Shown in pieces: positions 25,815-34,865 of a stretch of DNA of 49,748 bases. The position numbers were made by a program, and so were the translations under genes. A model generated the notes under the pieces. It did no database searches. It had not been told where the DNA came from and worked only from the letters and a program-made list of their open reading frames with translations. Origin of the DNA: an uncultured Hyphomicrobiales bacterium (GTDB taxonomy: Bacteria > Bacteroidota > Ignavibacteria > Kapaibacteriales > UBA2268); the NCBI GenBank assembly GCA_964499465.1, contig CAZCLJ010000003.1, forward strand, positions 1-49,748, given 5' to 3'. Position 1 is the first letter of the stretch. Each line of letters opens with the position of its first letter.

Positions 25815-28262
25815 TCATTTCTTCAAAAAACCATATTCATACACTTTTGGCTCAATTTTCTTTGCTAATGATTTTAATTTATCGCGTAGAATGCTGATTA
25901 ATTCCATATATCTTTCATCGCTACTTTTGTTGTTCATTTTTCCTTTTTCATTGCGTCCCTGAAAATGCTCACGAATGTCGTAAAGAGATGCGTTTACGTT
26001 GCAGTTGGGCTGTGAATGATAATACATCCAAAGCTCCCTGCCTGCATCGAAAACAGCTTGGGCTTCGCTTGAAAAAACGAGCGGAGTTGTTCTATTGTTA
26101 AATTCATCAGATGACTTGAAGTCATCGGATGAATGAAATATCTCATTACTATCATTTTTTTTAAAGCTATACTTTTTCAGTTTCCCTCTTATAAAATCAG
26201 CGATGAAACTGCTTTCAAACTTTTCTCTGGAATTTACTTCCTGCTCTGTGAATGGAATCCAGTGGTTAATTCCTTCCTGTGAAGTAATTCTGTTTTGGCT
26301 GTGAAATAAAGTAAAAGCAAGGCAGTCGTTTTGAAACTCTGTGTCTGCTTGCCAGCTGTCATTTGGATATAAAAACTGGTCGCGGTCGTTTAGCCAAGTC
26401 GCTTCAATGCAATTATGTATTGTAAAATAAATACTTTGCATAAGTAAATTATGTGGAGTTATCTTTGAAGTATGGTCTTTATTGTCAAAACTACTAATAT
26501 GCACACCGCGAACACTTTGAAAATCATTTCTGCCGTGATGCATTACTCCAATGACGTTTTTATTCGTATTGCTATAATGAATTCGTAACCAATCGTTTAT
26601 CCTTTTCAAACCATTATAATCAAAAATATTCTTGTTGGAAAGCTTGTTTCCTTTTTCATCATAAACATCAAAATTAAAACTTGAGAATTTATGCTCTGAA
26701 TCTGTATTCCAAATTTTAAAACCAATTGGGAAAGAACCTGTTACATTATCAAAAGTATAAGCAGGAACAAGAAATCCTTTTTCTAATTTTGCCAGAAAAT
26801 TCTGCCTGAATGTAAAAGCATCTAACCCAGTTAAATGCTTAATTTTAGAAAACTCCGCTATTTTGCAACCTTTAAATTTAGTATATATCTGCCAAAGAAA
26901 TTGAATAAAAATTTCATTACTGGCTTTTCTTAATTCATTATAATACTTCTTGCTTACTGCTGTTTCTTTTATTCCTGATTTATTTTTTCTTGATGATTTG
27001 TTTCCCGCTTCAGCATAGGGCGGATTAATATAAATGACTAATTTTTTTATTTTTTCCGGATTATTGATAATATCGAAAAGCGGTTTAGGTAGTTTCTCAA
27101 AATCATCATTTAAGAAATCGAATTGAAAAACGTGGTCTTCAAGCAGGTTTGTCCCGTTTTTAATTCGGTCTTTCATTACCTCTACATCTTGCTTATCCAA
27201 GGTAGAAGCCCAGACATTATATTTATTTATAAGCCCTGTAAGCAAATTACCCGTTCCCGCAGCGCAATCCCAGACATAGTATTCATCTTGCCAATTCTCA
27301 CCAAGCACATCAGCTATATATTTTTGAGAAAGTTCCACCCATATTTGCGGAGTGAAAAAACTGCCCTTTCGTTCCCTGACATCCTGTGGAACGAGCAAAT
27401 CGCGACGCTCTACAATATAGTCCCAGTATTCTTCTTTTGGTGGTCTTTCGTATTTGTTCCAAAATTGATTATGCTGCTTTTGTCCGTCATTAAAAGTAGT
27501 AGTTCTGGAGCTGAACATACCCATTTCATCGAATTTTCTGTCCAATTCGTAGTGGTCTTTTTTGAGCAGAACAAAGAGTTTTTCCTTAAGAGATACATTT
27601 TCGTAAGAAAGCAAATCAGCTAGGTAAAAGTCGCCATCAATAATCCCGTTTTTCTTTGCAATTTCCCAATTTACAGCAATAGTTGGCTTTACAGTTTGCA
27701 GCCATTTATTGTAAATGTTCATAAAATTATTTTTATCTATTCTGATTTTTGTTAAGCCGAACTTACCAACGACGAAATTGTTTTTGATAAACTTGAGCAG
27801 TTCTTTATCATTTTTTTCAAAATAAAAGAGCAATGCTTTTTCGTCAATAATGATTTTTACTTTATTTTCAACGAACTGAAACTCTTTTGTATCATGATTG
27901 GAAGGAGTAACATTCCAGTTGAAATCGTTCATATAAAATACATCGTGAATTTCGCTATATGGAATGAAAGCGATTTTTTCAGAATCGAAAGCACCAAGCA
28001 GAGCAGGGGGGAGGTGCTGAACGAAAGTTCTGGCTTTACCAATAGTCAAGATAAGCTGAGTGATAGATTTATAAATATCAGAAATTCCTTTTTTTGCCTC
28101 AGCCCAAAGAAGAGATTCGTGTTCAAAAAGCTGGTTTTTCGTTTGATGGAAAGAGACGCAAAAATCCACATTGCCAATAATTTTGGAGCAATCATACTGC
28201 CAGAAATAATCCTGAGCAATTTTATTTTTGAGTTCTTCTTCTCTTATGTTTGAATATTTCAT
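25815..28262 (-). CDS. fused PD-(D/E)xK nuclease / NPPY N6-adenine methyltransferase (type IIG/IIL-like R-M enzyme)
   Basis: N-terminal GNVDFCV...ESLLWAEAKKG is a D...ExK arrangement. WDCAAGTGNLL (motif I) precedes INPPYAEAGNK (motif IV), the gamma-class order. A ~400-aa C-terminal region could be a TRD. The MKYSNIREE start at 28262 is preferred; the ORF extends to 28307. Confidence 0.7.
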   Translation of the reverse strand: MKYSNIREEELKNKIAQDYFWQYDCSKIIGNVDFCVSFHQTKNQLFEHESLLWAEAKKGISDIYKSITQLILTIGKARTFVQHLPPALLGAFDSEKIAFIPYSEIHDVFYMNDFNWNVTPSNHDTKEFQFVENKVKIIIDEKALLFYFEKNDKELLKFIKNNFVVGKFGLTKIRIDKNNFMNIYNKWLQTVKPTIAVNWEIAKKNGIIDGDFYLADLLSYENVSLKEKLFVLLKKDHYELDRKFDEMGMFSSRTTTFNDGQKQHNQFWNKYERPPKEEYWDYIVERRDLLVPQDVRERKGSFFTPQIWVELSQKYIADVLGENWQDEYYVWDCAAGTGNLLTGLINKYNVWASTLDKQDVEVMKDRIKNGTNLLEDHVFQFDFLNDDFEKLPKPLFDIINNPEKIKKLVIYINPPYAEAGNKSSRKNKSGIKETAVSKKYYNELRKASNEIFIQFLWQIYTKFKGCKIAEFSKIKHLTGLDAFTFRQNFLAKLEKGFLVPAYTFDNVTGSFPIGFKIWNTDSEHKFSSFNFDVYDEKGNKLSNKNIFDYNGLKRINDWLRIHYSNTNKNVIGVMHHGRNDFQSVRGVHISSFDNKDHTSKITPHNLLMQSIYFTIHNCIEATWLNDRDQFLYPNDSWQADTEFQNDCLAFTLFHSQNRITSQEGINHWIPFTEQEVNSREKFESSFIADFIRGKLKKYSFKKNDSNEIFHSSDDFKSSDEFNNRTTPLVFSSEAQAVFDAGRELWMYYHSQPNCNVNASLYDIREHFQGRNEKGKMNNKSSDERYMELISILRDKLKSLAKKIEPKVYEYGFLKK

Positions 28263-28369
28263 TTTAATTTTCGTTTGGAAAACAAAAAGCAAATACATTT
28301 TTTGCAAATTACGAAAAAATTGAAGAACAATATTTATAGAAAAGAAATTCAGTTTATTATCAATTCAAA

Positions 28370-28663
28370 TTTAAACTCTAACTCTCCCAATTTTAAGTAA
28401 TTGAAAGATTTATTAAGTAAAAAACGCATACATTTTTCTTACTGCTAGTAAAATCACCATAATAAATTATGGTGATACTCTAATTCTTAGATTAACTCCC
28501 AAATTTATTTGGGAGTTAATTTCCAATAAAGAGCGTAAAATCCTTAAACCATAAATACGTAATAGATTATTTGTTATAAAATTCAAGATAAACTGCTACT
28601 AATCTATATTTATTAAAAAAATAAATAAAGTAATACGTAAATTTGGGAGAGTTAGAGTTTAAA
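28370..28663. repeat. MITE-like element with ~24-bp terminal inverted repeats
   Basis: tttaaactctaactctcccaattt (28370-28393) pairs with aaatttgggagagttagagtttaaa (28639-28663). The interior carries the same double-hairpin module (28454-28517). Confidence 0.75.
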
Positions 28664-28666
28664 AGC

Positions 28667-28700
28667 CAGATGTCCTACATCTCGAAGATGTAGGACATCT
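28667..28700. repeat. family G hairpin
   Basis: cagatgtcctacatctcgaagatgtaggacatct. A second copy lies at 31539-31572. It is related to the terminal hairpin of element E. Confidence 0.75.
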
Positions 28701-28711
28701 ATATAGGGATT

Positions 28712-28884
28712 GTTAAGAAATAAGTCATACGATCAACAAGTTGATAGTATGACAAAATTTAAAGTTTAAATTTCTTTGAATTCTTAAACCATTGGTTTAA
28801 TCAATATCTGATAGTTTTTTCATTTAGATTTTTATGCTACCTGCCATACTATCAACTTGTTGATCGTATGGCTTATTTCTTAAC
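28712..28884. repeat. MITE-like element with 42-bp terminal inverted repeats (family F palindrome ends)
   Basis: gttaagaaataagtcatacgatcaacaagttgatagtatgac pairs with gccatactatcaacttgttgatcgtatggcttatttcttaac, with 2 mismatches when reverse-complemented. Confidence 0.8.
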
Positions 28885-28960
28885 AACTCCATAGTATGGC
28901 TTCTTCTTACTTTCGTAAAGTTTTCTGAATATTTTAAAGAGAAAATCAAAAATAACTACA

Positions 28961-30130
28961 CTAATTCAAATCTTCGGCTTTTAGTTCAATAAAAAAAGTA
29001 CTTCCATCACCATTTTTAGATTCAGCCCAGATTTTTCCATTATGCAGTTCAATAATTTGTTTCGCAATGTAAAGCCCAAGACCAGTAGAAGACTCTCCAG
29101 CTGTCGGCAATGCAGAAAGCCGCTGAAATTTATTAAAGAGTTTTTGCATATCTTCTTTTGAAATACCCGGACCAGAGTCTTTTACAGCAAGTTGAATATT
29201 TTCAAATATATTTTCAACATTAATAATTATATTTCCACCTATTTTTGAATATTTAATAGCATTACTTACTAAATTTTCTATTGATTCTCTAATTTTAATA
29301 GGGTCTGCATAAACAATATAATCTTTGTTTCGGTGAAAGTTAAATTCGATTATTTGCTGTTTGTTTTCTATCTGAGATTTGCATTGGTAAATAATTACAT
29401 TTATAAGTTCAATTAAATCAAGATACTGTTTTTTTAATTGAATTTTTCCAGCTTCAATAACATTAGTATTTAAAATTTCAACAATTAAATTAAGCATTTG
29501 AGAAGAAGTAATAAAAATCTGCTCTAAATTTTCACAAGTATTTTGTTTAGAGTCAACTTCTTCTAATGCAATTTTCGATAACGCAATTATATTATTTAAT
29601 GGATTTTTTAAATCGTGAGCAGCTATGCTTAATAATTCTGTTTTTGAATCATTTGCTTCTTTAAGAGCTAGCATAGCAAGAAGGTTAATTTGAGAGTGAG
29701 CTAAAATTAAGAAATAACTATCTAATATTTTTAAAGAACCATCATCAAATTCTACGATAATTGGTCCGTCGTAGTTGTCTTTTTCTCTTGAAAGAGCAAT
29801 TTGCACTGCTGTAGATATGTCCATTGAAAATGGTAATTTGAGAATTTCTTCCTTTTCGATTTGCTCAAAGAACACAACGATTTCTCTTTTAGAAAAGAGG
29901 TCAAGCCAAAAGGGTTTGCTAAGAGATTCGTGATATTGTTTTCTTGAAATAAATCCAAAATATTTTTTCTCATTCGTAAGGATTATTCCGGGCAAAGCTG
30001 GATTATTTTCAAAAGTTGAGCGAATTATATTAACTGGTTTAGATATTTCTATCTTATCGTCATATAGAATTAAATCACATAAAATTGATTTTAAATGCAA
30101 ATCATTTACTTTTTTTAATTGCTTTGTCAT
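28961..30130 (-). CDS. cytoplasmic sensor histidine kinase
   Basis: H-box LSIAAHDLKNPLNNI. HATPase_c N, G1 and G2 boxes (NAIKYS, DSGPGI, GLGLYIAKQI). No TM segments, and a ~160-aa N-terminal sensor-like domain. Confidence 0.85.
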   Translation of the reverse strand: MTKQLKKVNDLHLKSILCDLILYDDKIEISKPVNIIRSTFENNPALPGIILTNEKKYFGFISRKQYHESLSKPFWLDLFSKREIVVFFEQIEKEEILKLPFSMDISTAVQIALSREKDNYDGPIIVEFDDGSLKILDSYFLILAHSQINLLAMLALKEANDSKTELLSIAAHDLKNPLNNIIALSKIALEEVDSKQNTCENLEQIFITSSQMLNLIVEILNTNVIEAGKIQLKKQYLDLIELINVIIYQCKSQIENKQQIIEFNFHRNKDYIVYADPIKIRESIENLVSNAIKYSKIGGNIIINVENIFENIQLAVKDSGPGISKEDMQKLFNKFQRLSALPTAGESSTGLGLYIAKQIIELHNGKIWAESKNGDGSTFFIELKAEDLN

Positions 30131-30152
30131 TTCAGTATATTTCTTATATTTT

Positions 30153-31346
30153 TTAGCTGTAAATTAAATTGAAGTCTAAACTATTTAGAAGTTTGTCAGA
30201 TGTATTTTTATCTATTGTAAAATTTTGATTCTGATATAGAGGTATTTGAACTTCTATTGTTGTCCCAAAATTTATTTTGCTATCAATTTTAAATATTCCT
30301 CTATGAATTTTTGTTATAAGTTTAGCAATAATCAATCCTAATCCAGTTCCTTGTTGCTCATAAATATTTCTATTAAATTGTTTGTATGCACCTATGTTGT
30401 TAATTTGCTCTTGCGTCATACCCAGCCCATAATCAGTTATTGTAATTATATAGTAATTATACTGGATTTCAGATTTAATGATTATTTTTGAATCATTTTC
30501 AGAAAACTTTATAGCATTATCAATCAATTCATAGCATAGTTTAAAAAAATAATAATAAGAAATTTGAATTGGAGCATTTTGCAAATCAATATCAAAAATA
30601 TCAGAACGTTTCATTTCGTCTTGAAGCATTTCATTTATTTCAATAATTATTTCCTTCGGATTATGAATATTTTCATTTCTTAACTCAAGTATTTTATCAT
30701 TACTATTTAAAATTGTCTGTATTTGAGAATAAAGCAGGAAGTTTTCAGTAAGACGATACAGTTTTTTTCCGGATTCTGTAATAGCATTGGACATTTCATT
30801 AATACATTTTATATTTAAATCAGATTGACATTCAATTTTTTTTGATAATTCTGAAATTACATCAGCACATCCTAAAATCCCATTAATTGATGTCCTAAAT
30901 TCGTGAGGAAGAGCAGATGTAATATTATTCCTTAAATCTTCCATTTTCGTCTCATATCGTTTTGCCAAGTGAGATATTCTCTTAAAATATTCTTTAATAA
31001 ATTTCATAATTAAATGAATATTTAACGGCTTATAAAATATATCGACAGAAAAGTATTCATAAGTAATTAAATTTTCAATACCTTCATTTTTTTCTAAAAT
31101 TAATACTGTTGGAATAATGGTAAAGGTAGGTGATGATTGAATGAAATTGAAAAAATTGATTTCGTCTTCATTTTTAAAATTTATGCTAATTATTAACATA
31201 TCAAAGGTTTTTAAATTAATTAATTCCTTTGATTCTTCATAGTTTGATGCGATTAATACATTAATGCCATATTGAGTTAAATTAGTTATTAAATCAGAGA
31301 TTGAATCAGGGGCAGAATCAAAAATTAAAATTGTTTTATTATTCAT
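30153..31346 (-). CDS. histidine kinase with N-terminal receiver-like (pseudo-receiver) domain
   Basis: N-terminal flavodoxin-like REC pattern, H-box LPHEFRTSINGILG, and HATPase_c (NAIKFS, DYGLGM, GTGLGLIIAK). Confidence 0.8.
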   Translation of the reverse strand: MNNKTILIFDSAPDSISDLITNLTQYGINVLIASNYEESKELINLKTFDMLIISINFKNEDEINFFNFIQSSPTFTIIPTVLILEKNEGIENLITYEYFSVDIFYKPLNIHLIMKFIKEYFKRISHLAKRYETKMEDLRNNITSALPHEFRTSINGILGCADVISELSKKIECQSDLNIKCINEMSNAITESGKKLYRLTENFLLYSQIQTILNSNDKILELRNENIHNPKEIIIEINEMLQDEMKRSDIFDIDLQNAPIQISYYYFFKLCYELIDNAIKFSENDSKIIIKSEIQYNYYIITITDYGLGMTQEQINNIGAYKQFNRNIYEQQGTGLGLIIAKLITKIHRGIFKIDSKINFGTTIEVQIPLYQNQNFTIDKNTSDKLLNSLDFNLIYS

Positions 31347-31795
31347 TGTAAACTTATATTTTAATAAATTTTAAAAAAATAAAATTACAATTTTTGTATA
31401 AGGATAAAATAAAGAGATTGTTAATTTTTAATTAAAATTTACAGTAATTTGCTTTTTCCACTATCAACAAGTTGATAGCATAACTTTGGCAATTTCTTAC
31501 TTTCGTAAAGTTTCTTTTGCTTTTCGAAAGTTAAAACGCAGATGTCCTACATCTCGGAGATGTAGGACATCTTTATTTTCCAGTCATACTATCAACAAGT
31601 TGATAGCATGACTTATGGCAATTTCTTACTGCTTTTTAGAAAATAATTTATATTTTGAAGCTACTTGTAAAAATATTTTCACTTAGTAAATAATTCATTT
31701 AATTGAATTTTATATAACTATTTCTATACAAATAAAATACTTAGAACTTTTAGCCATACTATCAACTTGTTGATCGTATGGCTATAAAAGAACGT

Positions 31796-31858
31796 ATCAC
31801 TAATCACTAATCACTAATCACTAATCACTAATCACTAATCACTAATCACTTATCATTA
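31796..31858. repeat. heptanucleotide microsatellite, 9 units
   Basis: 7 x ATCACTA, then ATCACTT, then ATCATTA. The last unit contains the complement of the yggS stop codon (31856-31858). Confidence 0.95.
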
Positions 31859-32581
31859 AAGGTTATAATTCCTTTCACCGAAGAGATTTGTTCCAATACG
31901 TATTAAAGTAGCACCTTCTTCAATGGCAATCTGATAATCTCCGGACATTCCCATTGAGAGATGGTGAATATTTAGGTCTGGAAATATTTTATTTACTTCA
32001 TCAAATTTTTGATGAAGTAATTTAAATTCAGAGCGAATAATACTTTCATTATTGGAAAAAGAGCCGATAGTCATTAGACCTTTAATTGAAATATTTTTAA
32101 GTTTTGAAATCTGTTCAAATAGATTTAAAGTATCGTTTGGGGAGCAGCCGAATTTTGATTCTTCTAAAGATGTATTAACCTGAATTAAAATATCAATATT
32201 TCTGTTAATATTTTCAGCTTGTTTGGAAATTTCCTGAGCAAGCAGAAAAGAATCAACAGAATGGACAAGCGAAACGAAGTCAATGATATATTTAACTTTA
32301 TTGCGTTGCAAGTGTCCAATGAAATGCCATTTGGGGCTGTATTTTGTGTGTTCAATCTGATTATGTTTTTCAAGAAGTTCCTGAACATAGTTCTCGCCGA
32401 TATTACTGATGCCAGTATTTAAAGCAAACTCGACAAAAGAAATTGGCTTTGTTTTCGAAACAGCAATGACAGTTATGTCATTTGCATTTCTGTTGCATTT
32501 TTTAGCAGTAGAAATAATATTGTTATTAATTTCGCTCCAGCGTTGATTTATATCACTTTGGGTTAATGGCTCATTTTTCAT
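31856..32581 (-). CDS. yggS: YggS family pyridoxal-phosphate homeostasis protein
   Basis: AVSKTKP, GENYVQEL, WHFIGHLQRNKVKYI, LSMGMSGDY..AIEEGAT.IRIGT.LFG. The MKNEPL start at 32581 is preferred; the ORF extends to 32620. Confidence 0.85.
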   Translation of the reverse strand: MKNEPLTQSDINQRWSEINNNIISTAKKCNRNANDITVIAVSKTKPISFVEFALNTGISNIGENYVQELLEKHNQIEHTKYSPKWHFIGHLQRNKVKYIIDFVSLVHSVDSFLLAQEISKQAENINRNIDILIQVNTSLEESKFGCSPNDTLNLFEQISKLKNISIKGLMTIGSFSNNESIIRSEFKLLHQKFDEVNKIFPDLNIHHLSMGMSGDYQIAIEEGATLIRIGTNLFGERNYNL

Positions 32582-32653
32582 ATAGATTTTGAAAAAAAAC
32601 GAATAAAAAAAATCCCTCAAAGAGAGGGATAAACAAAAAACTAAATTAATAAA

Positions 32654-33649
32654 TTAAGCAGAAACATCTTCGTCGAAATCATTGTTAACATCAACGAGCT
32701 TTCCATTATCCATAATAAGATAATTATCGAAATACACGGTTGGTTTTTTCACTAAACCGTCAACGTGAATTTTAACAGCAATTTTTCCACCCATACCGAT
32801 ATTATTTCCGAAAGCGATATGAATAGTACCTAATACTTTCTCGTCTTCAAGGATATTTCCTGTAAGTTTTGCCTTGTAATTAGTCCCAATACCGAATTCG
32901 CCGATAGCAAAAGCATCAGTCCCGACTTTATTGAGCATAGTATTTAATTTGTCAGCTTCTTCTTTTCCGGTAATTGATTTTGCATAACCATCTTTAACTT
33001 CAATAGTAACGGGGTCTTTTAGCAATCCGATACCTGCGATAGAACCATCGAAAACGATAACACCATTAGCTTTTCCTTCGGTAGGAGCAAGATATACTTC
33101 TCCTGAAGGGAGATTGCCGTAATCACCAATATTGCGAAGAACGCCGGTGCTGGAAATAACCCTACGGTTTTTTACGTATAAGGTAATATCTGTTCCGAGT
33201 TTAGAAATAACTCTTATTTTTTGAACTTTTTTCATTTTTTCGGCAACAGATTTGGTAGTCTCTATAATTTTGTTTGGGTCGGCACTTAGGCATCTTGATA
33301 GAGTGTCCAGAGTTATGCTTGGCATAGTTGCTACTCTAACTCCAAGGTCAGAGGCGATTCTGCGGGCTTCGGTATGAGTCAATGAGCGGTAAGTAGGGCA
33401 AACTACCACATCAACTTTCCTCATCATTGAAGCAATTTGGTCAGGTGGCTCTTCACCATTTAAGTCACGGGAACGCATTTCAATGATAAATGCCTCACTT
33501 GCAATTGTTGTTCCTGCTTCATAAAGGGCATAACCGATTTCACGCATTTGCTCGTCTGTTATAACAAGAAATGTTTCATCTTGAGTTAAACATAAGTAAT
33601 CTCTAACAGCAGTCATTACTGCTTTTTGTAATTTTGGTTGTGTTGGCAT
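32654..33649 (-). CDS. M29/COG2309-type aminopeptidase
   Basis: 331 aa. PSGEVYLAPTEGKANGVIVFDGSIAGIG and GEFGIGTN...G..L.DEK..GT.HIAFG patterns of aminopeptidase T-like enzymes. Confidence 0.7.
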   Translation of the reverse strand: MPTQPKLQKAVMTAVRDYLCLTQDETFLVITDEQMREIGYALYEAGTTIASEAFIIEMRSRDLNGEEPPDQIASMMRKVDVVVCPTYRSLTHTEARRIASDLGVRVATMPSITLDTLSRCLSADPNKIIETTKSVAEKMKKVQKIRVISKLGTDITLYVKNRRVISSTGVLRNIGDYGNLPSGEVYLAPTEGKANGVIVFDGSIAGIGLLKDPVTIEVKDGYAKSITGKEEADKLNTMLNKVGTDAFAIGEFGIGTNYKAKLTGNILEDEKVLGTIHIAFGNNIGMGGKIAVKIHVDGLVKKPTVYFDNYLIMDNGKLVDVNNDFDEDVSA

Positions 33650-34301
33650 AATAATTTTTTTATTTAATGTTTAGTTCTTACTTTTTTGGAAAAAAGCATT
33701 TTTTGCTTTGCTAAAATGCAATATAATAAAAAATATTCAATTGCAAAACTTTTTTTTATTTTTTTTATATAAATTTGATTTATATTAAGTTATCATTAAA
33801 TATTATATCTTTATTTCAATCAATGCTACTACTAATTTGCTGCATTATTTGTTTGTATAGTCATTTAAAATACACTTTGAATAACATATTTAACAATTGC
33901 TATATTAGTTTTTTTAATTGTATAAAAATAAATATTATTAAATTTTATCTTGTATTAAAAAAATATTCATTTGTTTTTCAGATGAATGTAATATAACTCA
34001 ATAATTCATTAAATATCATAGTTTAACTAATAAAAAATTGTATAATATTTCATAATTGAATTCTAAATTGTTATAGAACTCTTTTTCAATAAAAAAAATA
34101 GTAAAAATAATTTATATTATATTCTTCTTTTGCATTAATTTGCTATATAATGCTTTACAAATTAAAATTAATACTTTACACTTAATCATAACTAAAATAT
34201 GTTTAAAATTAAAAAAAATAATTGAAAAAAAAAAATATTATTATAATTGTAACTTTTTTACAAATGGATTTGTCATACATTAAAATAAATATGAAATTGA
34301 A

Positions 34302-34865
34302 ATGTTTGGACGAAAAAAACATATAAACACAGAAATAGATATAGAAAGCACAATCCAGGAGCTTCAACGTGGTAGTGCTGAAGCATTTCATATTTTATAT
34401 CATAAATATAGTCAAAAGATTTACAGGTTTTGCTTGCGGATGATTGGTGATTCAAAATTAGCGGAAGATGCATTTCAGGAAACATTTATTAAATTATTTG
34501 AACATAAGAAAGATTTTCGGGGCGTAAATTTCAGTGCCTGGCTATATGCAATAGCCAGAAATACCTGCTTAAACTTAATTCGTTCCAGAAAGAATTATGA
34601 ACAGTATGACGCATTAAAAAATTTTCCCATTCAGGAAAAAAGTACCGATTATTTTACAAAGAAATATATTCAAGACGCTGTAATGAGTTTGCCTATTTCA
34701 CTTCGTGAAGCTATTATCCTTCGGGAATACCAGGAATGCTCTTATCAGGAAATAGCTGAAATTGTTGGTATTGACTTATCACTCGCAAAAGTAAGGGTGC
34801 ATAGGGCAAGATTAATTTTAAGAAAAACTTTAGAACCAATTGCAAAAGAAATTTATGAACACTGA
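34302..34865 (+). CDS. ECF-type RNA polymerase sigma-70 factor
   Basis: Region 2 (AF..LY..Y..KIYRFCLRMIGD...AEDAFQETF) and region 4 HTH (REAIILREYQECSYQEIAEIVGIDLSLAKVRVHRAR). Confidence 0.85.
   Translation: MFGRKKHINTEIDIESTIQELQRGSAEAFHILYHKYSQKIYRFCLRMIGDSKLAEDAFQETFIKLFEHKKDFRGVNFSAWLYAIARNTCLNLIRSRKNYEQYDALKNFPIQEKSTDYFTKKYIQDAVMSLPISLREAIILREYQECSYQEIAEIVGIDLSLAKVRVHRARLILRKTLEPIAKEIYEH

Noticed and set aside
28004-28016. A G6/C6 tract inside the type IIG-like gene as a phase-variation switch.
   Set aside because: Six residues is short for efficient slippage, and the frame is intact. There is no supporting evidence.
33650-34301. Chromosomal replication origin at the strand-bias switch.
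   Set aside because: I found no TTATCCACA-like DnaA boxes and no dnaA/dnaN nearby. AT-richness alone is not evidence of an origin.
33775-34485. ORFs at 33775-33996, 34209-34391 and 34273-34485 in the AT-rich spacer.
   Set aside because: Their composition is extremely Ile/Phe/Asn/Lys-rich. They lack ribosome-binding motifs and overlap a probable promoter region and the start of the sigma gene.
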